DNA of 43,968 nucleotides from an uncultured Candidatus Saccharibacteria bacterium. GTDB taxonomy: Bacteria; Patescibacteriota; Minisyncoccia; Minisyncoccales; Staskawiczbacteraceae. Where the stretch lies: NCBI GenBank assembly GCA_964479955.1, contig CAYZNK010000002.1, positions 222,955 to 266,922 of the forward strand, written 5' to 3'. Positions 28,267 through 35,484 of the stretch are shown in pieces. Within the stretch, counting starts at the first letter, position 1. The number at the start of each line of letters is the position of its first letter. A program made the position numbers and the translations under genes. A model generated the notes under the pieces. It saw nothing but the letters and a program-made list of their open reading frames with translations, did no database searches and had not been told where the DNA came from.

Positions 28267-30282
28267 TCACTTGATTGGCAAAACAACAAAAAATGTTGTT
28301 CCCTCGTTTATTTTTGATTTAAACCAAATTTTTCCTCCCATGCTTTCTGTTGTCATTTTAGCCGCATAAAGACCCAGGCCATTGCCATCTGGCGTGTGAG
28401 GAAAAGCATTTTCAGCCCTGAATAATTTTTGGAAAATTCTGTTTTGCTGGTTTTCCGGGATACCTATTCCAGTATCAGATATTTCAAATAATAACTCTTT
28501 TTCATTTTTATTTATTTTAACTCCAACACTACCCTTTTCGGGCGTATATTTTACGGCATTAGATATAATATTCTGAAATATTAACCTTACCAAATCCGGG
28601 TCAACCGAAATTTCACCTATATTATCATCGCATTCAAATTTTAGTTTCTGCTTCCTTTTTTTAATATTAACCTCCTGCTCTATTATTATATCTTCAATAA
28701 GCTTCTTTATGTCTGTCGGGACTAAAGCGATTTTAAGTCTTCCAGCCTCAAGACGGGAAATATTAAGCATTATGTTTATCAATTTTATCATCCTTTCATT
28801 GCCACGATAAATCTGTTCAACATATTCTTTTTGTTTTGAAGATATTTTTCCGGCTTTTCCAGCAAGTAAAATTTCAGCATACCATTTTATAGCAGTAAGC
28901 GGAGTTCGCAATTGATGAGAAGCCAAAGAAACAAATTCTGATTTCGATTTATCAATCTGCCTTTCAACAGTCATATCGCGAAAAACATCAACAGCCCCTG
29001 TTATTTGCCCATTGATAATAACGGGGGTCACTATAATCGCCGCCGGAAATTTTGTGTTATCGCTCCTGACATAAGAATAAATTGTACCGTGCGACCCTTC
29101 AGTTGTTGATGTTATTATCTTTTTTCCGGAAGACAAGGCAATATTCAATGGGTTTTTCTCTTTTAAAACAGCTTCCCCTTTTTCTGTTTCTATTCTTAAA
29201 ATTTCGTCGTGGGGTTTACCCGTGGGGTTTTTCCCCTTGAGGCGCAACATCTCTTCGGCTGCCCTATTTATAAACATTATCTTTCCAAAATTATCTATGG
29301 CCACAACCCCGTCTCCAATTGAGCCTAATAGTGCTTCGTCTTCAATTCTTATAGCATCTATTTGATTTTTGGCTTTCTTCTCCGACTCATATGCCCTATT
29401 TATATCTTCTCTATATTTTATTTCTCTATTTACTCCTTTAATTAAGGAAATGCCAAAAAAGATGAAAACAATTAAAATCCCTGTCCTGATAAGCTGATAA
29501 TACAGGTTTTCAGTAAATATCATTACGTCCATCAGAAGAAGCAGACCTATCAATCCAACCAAAATTGTAGTAAGCACAACCTTAATCCCAAAAAGCTCCC
29601 TTTTAACAATTGCATAAAATGTAAACCCAAGCAAAATAATTGAAGAGTAGTCGCCTATCCAGTATAATCTGTATATTTTTAAAATTAGAGGGAAAGAAAT
29701 ATTAAAAATTCCGTTTGCAAGATAAAATATGGAAATTCCAACCAGTAAATATTCAATTTTTATTTTTTCCTCTTTTGGGCATTTTACATAAGCTTTTATC
29801 AAAAGATATAATGGAGAGACCATAAATAAAAATATTACAGCCAAAAACGGAATCATCCCTGAGCCGTATGTTATGGTAAGTTGAGATTCAACAAACCTTA
29901 TGCCCTTAATAATAAAGCTGCTGAACCCCGATAAAAATGTGGCTATAACTCCTAAAACAAGAATAATCCAACTCCAAACGCGATATTTTTTTTCTTGTTC
30001 CAAATAAGCCACTACAAAGAAATAAAGCAAGACAAAAAGCGGCGGAGTTGCAAACCATGCTATCCTAAGAAAGAGCATGCCCAAATCAGGGTTTGCTTTA
30101 CCAAAAACCCTTGCCATATAAGCAAAATTAACCCAAAGAGCCATAAAGAATATTTTGCCCAAAAATATTCTATTTATCTTGCCTTTTGGATTATTGCGCC
30201 ACATCATAACAGCCAACCACAATCCAAATATATCAATAAGGGCTATAAGGATTTGATTATAAAAAGGCAATATTTCAATCAT
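28267..30282 (-). CDS. Membrane sensor histidine kinase (multi-TM HisKA_7TM-like input, PAS, HisKA, HATPase)
   Basis: About 9 N-terminal TM helices, PAS (SIGDGVVAID...FIN.AAEEM), H-box SLASHQLRTPLT, N-box NAVKYT, G boxes DTGIGIP and GNGLGLY. Start set at ATG 30282, overlapping the upstream TGA. Confidence 0.93.
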   Translation of the reverse strand: MIEILPFYNQILIALIDIFGLWLAVMMWRNNPKGKINRIFLGKIFFMALWVNFAYMARVFGKANPDLGMLFLRIAWFATPPLFVLLYFFVVAYLEQEKKYRVWSWIILVLGVIATFLSGFSSFIIKGIRFVESQLTITYGSGMIPFLAVIFLFMVSPLYLLIKAYVKCPKEEKIKIEYLLVGISIFYLANGIFNISFPLILKIYRLYWIGDYSSIILLGFTFYAIVKRELFGIKVVLTTILVGLIGLLLLMDVMIFTENLYYQLIRTGILIVFIFFGISLIKGVNREIKYREDINRAYESEKKAKNQIDAIRIEDEALLGSIGDGVVAIDNFGKIMFINRAAEEMLRLKGKNPTGKPHDEILRIETEKGEAVLKEKNPLNIALSSGKKIITSTTEGSHGTIYSYVRSDNTKFPAAIIVTPVIINGQITGAVDVFRDMTVERQIDKSKSEFVSLASHQLRTPLTAIKWYAEILLAGKAGKISSKQKEYVEQIYRGNERMIKLINIMLNISRLEAGRLKIALVPTDIKKLIEDIIIEQEVNIKKRKQKLKFECDDNIGEISVDPDLVRLIFQNIISNAVKYTPEKGSVGVKINKNEKELLFEISDTGIGIPENQQNRIFQKLFRAENAFPHTPDGNGLGLYAAKMTTESMGGKIWFKSKINEGTTFFVVLPIK

Positions 30283-31145
30283 ATTATTATTTGCCCCAAA
30301 TAAATTAGTATTCCCCAAAAAATAAACTCTCCGGCCTCAATAATAAATCCGTAGTATTTATTTTTTTGGACAAGAAGAATGCAATAAAGATTTAAAAACA
30401 GCACGGGGATCAAAAATAGAACCAATACCGTAAAAACAGAATATAAATAAGCTAAAACAGGAACTAAAACAGACACAACAACATCAAATATTGTAATAAA
30501 TTTTAGCGCCCGATCCCTACCCATTAAAATTGGAAAAGTAATTAGTCCCTCTTTGCCGTCTGTTTCTATATCTTTTACATCAAGAAAAGCTTGCATTGAC
30601 ATTGTTTTTAAGTACACAAACACAAACAATACTACGGCCGCAGTTATAGTTGAAACGGATTCCGGATAATATGAATAGTAAATAAAAGGGAAAAATACCA
30701 TTAAGGAAAAAAATGCCGAAACATATAAGTTTTTAAAAAGAGGGATATATTTAGTCAATTTTTTAAATACGGTTGTATATAAAACTCCGAGTAAAAAAAT
30801 AATTCCTACAAATATTAATGGAAGAATTCCCCTGAAATAGACCAAGCTTAAAAACATTATTAATATTACCCAAAAAAGTATTGTCGGTATCTTTGATAAA
30901 TATGTTTTTAAATGCTCTGTTCTTTCCTTGTTTGTCAAATAATCAGAATTTATTTCTTTATATCTGTTATATAAATATATAGGATAAAAAGCTAAATACC
31001 CCACAAACAAAATATCCCAACTTAAACTGAGACCCAATAAGACAGAAGAAACAAAAACAATGCTTATGGCCCCAAAGCACTGCAAGTGCCCGCCCCATAT
31101 AAATTCTTTGCCCGCTAATTTTAAAATATTTTTTGTAGAAAACAC
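30279..31145 (-). CDS. UbiA-family membrane prenyltransferase
   Basis: About 8 TM; first motif YLYNRYKEINSD..N.ER, Y....K..P..KN, second motif DVKDIETD.KEG..T.PILMG; GTG start. Confidence 0.82.
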   Translation of the reverse strand: MFSTKNILKLAGKEFIWGGHLQCFGAISIVFVSSVLLGLSLSWDILFVGYLAFYPIYLYNRYKEINSDYLTNKERTEHLKTYLSKIPTILFWVILIMFLSLVYFRGILPLIFVGIIFLLGVLYTTVFKKLTKYIPLFKNLYVSAFFSLMVFFPFIYYSYYPESVSTITAAVVLFVFVYLKTMSMQAFLDVKDIETDGKEGLITFPILMGRDRALKFITIFDVVVSVLVPVLAYLYSVFTVLVLFLIPVLFLNLYCILLVQKNKYYGFIIEAGEFIFWGILIYLGQIII

Positions 31146-31158
31146 TTTTTTAAAAAAA

Positions 31159-31602
31159 TTATTCTCCCATTATTTGAATATTAATTTTTCTGTCCCTTTC
31201 CCTGTCCAGCTCAACAAACAGAATCACCTGCCATCTGCCAAGTTGGAGTTCTCCGTCCGATATATTAAGGGCAACTGACGTAGGCAAGTTTATTGCCTTG
31301 CAGTGACTGTGTCCGTTTCTGCATTCATTGTCGCACATATTTACAGTTCTTCGAGTAAAATCATCATGATTGTATTCTGTTGTTTTTGGAACAATTCTGT
31401 TTAAATAAATTTTTATGTCTTCTAAAAGCAGGGGCTCTTCTTCCTGAATCAAAACCGCCGCCGTTGTATGCATGCTTTGTATATTTACAATTCCGTTTTT
31501 TATTCCGGTATCCGCAATAAAAGATTTCACTTGGTCTGTTATATTAATTATATCAAGCTCTTTCTTTGTTTTTATTTCTATTGTCTTTGAATTTATTTTC
31601 AT
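31159..31602 (-). CDS. yjbQ: YjbQ/UPF0047 family protein
   Basis: I.NG.VNI...HTTAA, Y.HD, NGHSH, L.LG.WQ.I.FVELD..R.RK. Confidence 0.9.
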   Translation of the reverse strand: MKINSKTIEIKTKKELDIINITDQVKSFIADTGIKNGIVNIQSMHTTAAVLIQEEEPLLLEDIKIYLNRIVPKTTEYNHDDFTRRTVNMCDNECRNGHSHCKAINLPTSVALNISDGELQLGRWQVILFVELDRERDRKINIQIMGE

Positions 31603-31644
31603 ATGTTTTATTCTTTAAGATATTTTTATAAATAAAAAATAAAA

Positions 31645-33189
31645 TTATTTTTCTCTTTGGTTTACAATATCAACCAGATTGTTTAACATCAAGTTCCATT
31701 TATTTTCCGGCAAGTCTTTTAGGCTGTCTTTTGCTTTTCTAAAAAAAACTTCTGCTAAGTGTTTCGCTTTTACTTCGGCATCTGTTTTCTTTATAATTTC
31801 AATCGCTTTTTTAACATCTTTTTCGTTTATAATTTTTTTCTGGATTATTTTCAAAAAATCTTTTCTTTGGCTTTCCGAAAAGCTTTCAAATGCAATACAA
31901 ATAACTATGTTCCCCAGTTTTCTCTCTTTTACGTCTTTACCTATCTCTTTCTTAAATTTACTCTCATCTCCAAAAATATCAAGCAGGTCATCTTGGATCT
32001 GAAAAGCCATTCCCAAATTAAAACCGTATTTTCTGAGAGCTTCTAAGTGATTGTCTTTTCCGTCTGCGCAAATTCCTCCTATTTTACAGCACATCCCAAA
32101 TAAAAACGCTGTTTTCTTTTCAATCATCTTATAATAATTTTCCTTGCCAACTTTCAAATACCTGTTTTCAATGACATAAGGCTCATCTTCCCTGCCCCCC
32201 TGCTCAAAAAGGACATCATAAAGCTCTCCATCAAATATTGTTTTTAAAGTTTCAGAAAAAATTTGAGAAATTGCAACCGGATATTTTGAAAAATTAGCGG
32301 CTGAAAAAGCCGTTGCCGTATAGTCAGCTCCTGCGCATTCTGCAACTGAAACTCCAAACTTTTTCCAGACAGTTGGCTTCCCTCTTCTTAAAATTCCATG
32401 GTCTATTATGTCGTCTATAATCAAAGTGTAATTGTGCAAAATTTCAATTCCCGCGGCAGGATAAATTGCATCTTCAATTTTACCGCCCAGCAATCTGCAT
32501 GAAATAATCGCAAGCGCTGGCCTTAATTTTTTCCCGCCTGTTGCAACCTGGTATTTTATTATTTTATGAAATTTTTTGTCAGTATTATCTGTTAACAATT
32601 TATTTACCGCCGGCTCAACTTTTTTTGCCAGAGATTCCAAAAAAATATTTATTTTTTGCTTTTCCTGGGCCTCCCTTTTTTTAATTTTAATATATCTTTT
32701 AAATCCTATTTTCAGCCATGGAGTATATTCTTTTGGATGAATTTTGAATTCTGACAGCAATTTGTCCTCATCAATCCATTTGTAACCCGCAACTTCTTTT
32801 GAATCAGGATTTGGCTTGCCATCATATTGGCCAACTAAAACTGCGCAGACCTCATTTTCAAATCCTGCGTTTTTGTATTTTCTCTTATACACAAATTTAT
32901 CAACTTGCCTTAAAGGGACCTCAAACCCAAGTTCTTCTTTCATTCTTCTCTCGCCTGCTCTCTCATAATCTTCGCCCTCCCTGGGATGGCTACAGCATGA
33001 ATTTGCCCAATACAATGGCCAAAGAGGCTTGAGCTTGCTTCTTTGCTGAATTAAAAGCTGCCCTTTGTTGTTAAATATGTAAACTGAAAAAGCGCGGTGC
33101 AAAAGCCCCTCTTTATGAACACTTTCCTTATCCTTAAATCCCAGCACTTCGTCATTTTTATTAACCAGCAAAAGATTTTTGTCAGTCAT
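31645..33189 (-). CDS. Fusion: type 1 isopentenyl-diphosphate isomerase + trans-isoprenyl diphosphate synthase
   Basis: N-terminal HRAFS.YIF, QQRS..K..WP..W.NSCCSHP, ENEVC, TPW; C-terminal GGKKLRP, FARM YTLIIDDIIDH...RRG, KKTA, SARM FQIQDDLLD, GKDVKERK. Confidence 0.92.
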   Translation of the reverse strand: MTDKNLLLVNKNDEVLGFKDKESVHKEGLLHRAFSVYIFNNKGQLLIQQRSKLKPLWPLYWANSCCSHPREGEDYERAGERRMKEELGFEVPLRQVDKFVYKRKYKNAGFENEVCAVLVGQYDGKPNPDSKEVAGYKWIDEDKLLSEFKIHPKEYTPWLKIGFKRYIKIKKREAQEKQKINIFLESLAKKVEPAVNKLLTDNTDKKFHKIIKYQVATGGKKLRPALAIISCRLLGGKIEDAIYPAAGIEILHNYTLIIDDIIDHGILRRGKPTVWKKFGVSVAECAGADYTATAFSAANFSKYPVAISQIFSETLKTIFDGELYDVLFEQGGREDEPYVIENRYLKVGKENYYKMIEKKTAFLFGMCCKIGGICADGKDNHLEALRKYGFNLGMAFQIQDDLLDIFGDESKFKKEIGKDVKERKLGNIVICIAFESFSESQRKDFLKIIQKKIINEKDVKKAIEIIKKTDAEVKAKHLAEVFFRKAKDSLKDLPENKWNLMLNNLVDIVNQREK

Positions 33190-33283
33190 TTTTTTATGGT
33201 TATTATATTATAAACAAAAAATAATCAAATATCAAAATGATATCTGATTATTCAATCTCCATATCAATTTGTCGCACAATAGA

Positions 33284-33445
33284 TTAACGCTTTGTTTCTT
33301 TATGCGGGGTGTGTTTTTTGCAGGCTTTGCAAAATTTTTTCAGTTCTATTTTTTTCTCAGCAACTTTTTTGGTTTTGTTTGTAAAATAATTTGTTGTTTT
33401 GCAAACGCTGCAAGCCATTTTTGTTAGTGATTTTTTTGTTGCCAT
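33284..33445 (-). CDS. rpmG: 50S ribosomal protein L33 (zinc-binding type), not in the ORF track
   Basis: MATKKSLTKMACSVCKTTNYFTNKTKKVAEKKIELKKFCKACKKHTPHKETKR (53 aa). Confidence 0.93.
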   Translation of the reverse strand: MATKKSLTKMACSVCKTTNYFTNKTKKVAEKKIELKKFCKACKKHTPHKETKR

Positions 33446-33524
33446 GATTTTGAACGAAGTGAATAAATCATCCTGAGCCTAAAGGCGAAGGATAAACCTT
33501 TATTTTTATCGTATTTTTATTATG

Positions 33525-33597
33525 AGCCGATGCGCAGATTTGCACTGCGGACCTCATTCTTACCAAGAATGTGCTCTGCTACCTGAGCTACATCGGC
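33525..33597 (-). tRNA. tRNA-Thr (GGT)
   Basis: GCCGATG/CATCGGC acceptor, CATTC-TT GGT AA-GAATG; T loop reads TGCAAAT. Confidence 0.93.
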
Positions 33598-33633
33598 ACC
33601 TCGACTTTTTTAAGTTTACCCTGAATAAAAAAA

Positions 33634-33719
33634 TGGTGGGCAGGGAGGGACTTGCACCCCCGAAGACCAAAGGTCGCTAGATTTACAGTCTAGTGCGTTA
33701 GCTGCTCCGCCACCTGCCC
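33634..33719 (-). tRNA. tRNA-Tyr (GTA), CCA encoded
   Basis: GGGCAGG/CCTGCCC acceptor + ACCA, CTAGA-CT GTA AA-TCTAG, long variable arm, T loop TGCAAGT. Confidence 0.93.
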
Positions 33720-33754
33720 TAATTTATATTACAAATATAACACAAGAATCATAA

Positions 33755-34471
33755 TTATTCAATGATTTTTCCGTGCTGTTTTTTCCACTCGTTAATTTTT
33801 TTATGGTCTCCTGAAAGCAAAACTTTGGGAACCTTCCAATTTACCCCTTTTCCAGGAGAAAAAATTTCCGGCCTTGTGTATTGGGCATATTCTAAAAACC
33901 CTCCTGATTTTGTAACTCTTTCTTTCAACAACTGAGGCTTTCCCAAAACTCCGGGAACCAGCCTTGAAACAGACTCAATAACAATCATTGCCGGCAATTC
34001 TCCGCCCATTAAGTCATAGTCTCCAATTGAAATTTCCATATCCGCAATTTCTCTCGCTACTCTTTCGTCAACTCCTTCATATCTTCCGCAAATAAAAATT
34101 ATTTGGTCAGCTTTTGCCAATTTGTATGCCAATTTTTGGTCAAATTTTTCCCCCCTAGGAGTAAATAATATAACTTTCGTTTTTCGTTTTGGGACTTGGG
34201 ACTTAGGGCTTGGTTGGGATTTGGAATTTGGGATTTGAAATTTTTTTAAAGCTGATACAGCTTTAAAAATAGGTTCTACTTTTAAAACCATTCCCAATCC
34301 CCCGCCAAACGGCCTGTCATCAACTGTTTTATGCTGGTCTTTGGTCCATTTTCTCAAATTATGGACATTCACTTTTATAAATCTTTTTTTCTGCGCTCGC
34401 GCAATCAAAGACTCAGCCAAATATGACTTAAAAATTTCCGGGAAAATTGTAATGACATCAAACTTAATCAT
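33755..34471 (-). CDS. trmD: tRNA (guanine-N1)-methyltransferase with in-frame repeat insertion
   Basis: FDVITIFPE, VDDRPFGGG.GMV, ICGRYEGVDERV, SIGDYDL.GGELPAM, EY.QYTRP, VP.VLLSGDH. Start set at ATG 34471. Confidence 0.96.
   Translation of the reverse strand: MIKFDVITIFPEIFKSYLAESLIARAQKKRFIKVNVHNLRKWTKDQHKTVDDRPFGGGLGMVLKVEPIFKAVSALKKFQIPNSKSQPSPKSQVPKRKTKVILFTPRGEKFDQKLAYKLAKADQIIFICGRYEGVDERVAREIADMEISIGDYDLMGGELPAMIVIESVSRLVPGVLGKPQLLKERVTKSGGFLEYAQYTRPEIFSPGKGVNWKVPKVLLSGDHKKINEWKKQHGKIIE
34189..34241. repeat. Heptamer tandem-repeat element inside trmD
   Basis: TTGGGAC TTGGGAC TTAGGGC TTGG TTGGGAT TTGGAAT TTGGGAT TTGAAAT. Confidence 0.88.
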
Positions 34472-34499
34472 ATATTTATATATAATATCATATTTTAAA

Positions 34500-34536
34500 A
34501 TGAAAACCGCGCCTTTCGGCGCGATCTTCATTTTTT
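34500..34536 (-). terminator. Hairpin between khpA and trmD
   Basis: CGCGCC-TTTC-GGCGCG core with imperfect ATGAA/TTCAT extension; T tail weak. Confidence 0.45.
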
Positions 34537-34550
34537 ACAATCTATGTAGA

Positions 34551-34862
34551 TTATAAAGAGATATTTTCAATATCTTCTGTAGAGATTTTTTCTTTTCTTG
34601 GAGCTCTTCCGCCTTCTGGTTCCTCAATCTTGAGGTTAACTCTGGCGTGGTTCTTTAATCCGACAATACGGACTAAGTTCCTGATTGCCTTGGCAGTTGA
34701 TCCTTCGCGGCCGATTATTTGGCCCATATCCTCTGGGTTTACTTTCAATGAAAGCAAAACTCCCATTTCGTCAACTTTTCTTTCAACTTTGACGTCTGAA
34801 GGATGGTCAACTAATTCCTTGACAATGTACTCAAGAAACTCTCTGTCATTATCTGCTGCCAT
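34551..34862 (-). CDS. khpA: KH-domain RNA-binding protein
   Basis: EY.VK.LVD.P, V.PEDMG.IIGR.G.TAKAIR; canonical position after rpsP. Confidence 0.9.
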   Translation of the reverse strand: MAADNDREFLEYIVKELVDHPSDVKVERKVDEMGVLLSLKVNPEDMGQIIGREGSTAKAIRNLVRIVGLKNHARVNLKIEEPEGGRAPRKEKISTEDIENISL

Positions 34863-34984
34863 GTTTCTTAAATATCTTAATTTCTTTAATCAATACGACC
34901 TTTCTCTTAATTTTATAATACTCTGTTGTTATTTTTTGTCAACACTATATTTTCACAAAAATCTTACCCTTGTAAAATCTCTCT

Positions 34985-35021
34985 GAAAAGATGGCGAAAT
35001 TTGCAATTGGTATTCGCCATT
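34985..35021 (-). terminator. Terminator after the small membrane protein
   Basis: ATGGCGAA (34991-34998) pairs with TTCGCCAT (35013-35020); CTTTT tail on the minus strand. Confidence 0.6.
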
Positions 35022-35054
35022 CTGCTGATGCAGAACCAATTTGTTTATAGGGGC

Positions 35055-35222
35055 TCAATTCGACTCTCCCCATGATTTGCCTGCAAAAATGCAAACAGAA
35101 AGCACTGCTATGACATCCCAGAAAATAATCCAGAAGAAACACTCTTCTGAAAGAGGAAAAATTGAAAGAACAATGGGGCCTGCAATTAGCGCCGCAAATA
35201 CAGCCGTCCAAATCTTTTCCAT
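35055..35222 (-). CDS. Small 55-aa two-helix membrane protein, not in the ORF track
   Basis: MEKIWTAVFAALIAGPIVLSIFPLSEECFFWIIFWDVIAVLSVCIFAGKSWGESN; SD AGGAAAGGAG before the ATG; own promoter and terminator. Confidence 0.7.
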   Translation of the reverse strand: MEKIWTAVFAALIAGPIVLSIFPLSEECFFWIIFWDVIAVLSVCIFAGKSWGESN

Positions 35223-35394
35223 CTCAGGACTCCTTTCCTGAAAATACCAAAGAACATTTCAAAAAGTACCATACCTTTGCGCTCTTTTTTCAGCTCGCCA
35301 GCCTCGGCTTATAATCCGGGCCCCAGAATTGGCGTTTGTTGGCGGGCTAGAAGAAGGGCGTAAAAGCAAAATAATATTCTACCCCTATATATTT

Positions 35395-35424
35395 ATTATA
35401 CCATATAACAAGTTATAATGTCAA
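35395..35424 (-). promoter_or_regulatory. Consensus sigma70 promoter
   Basis: TTGACA-18 nt-TATAAT with extended TG. Confidence 0.75.
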
Positions 35425-35484
35425 TATTTAAAAACAAAAAAACTCCCCTATGCCAAAAAGCCGGGGGGCTTTTAATTTTTAGCT

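Noticed and set aside
30279-33189. Archaeal-type ether lipid pathway or quinone pathway
   Set aside because: No GGGP synthase, G1P dehydrogenase or men/ubi ring genes in the window; cannot be excluded genome-wide, so kept only as an alternative explanation.
34945-35211. 88-aa minus ORF and 66-aa plus ORF (35041..35241)
   Set aside because: No SD or recognisable features; the 55-aa frame at 35055..35222 has a strong SD, two TM helices and a fitting terminator.
35041-35390. tmRNA, SRP RNA or c-di-GMP riboswitch
   Set aside because: GGGGCTCAATTCGAC looks superficially like a tmRNA end but lies within the small ORF and lacks the matching tRNA-like 3' end; no SRP or c-di-GMP consensus core found.
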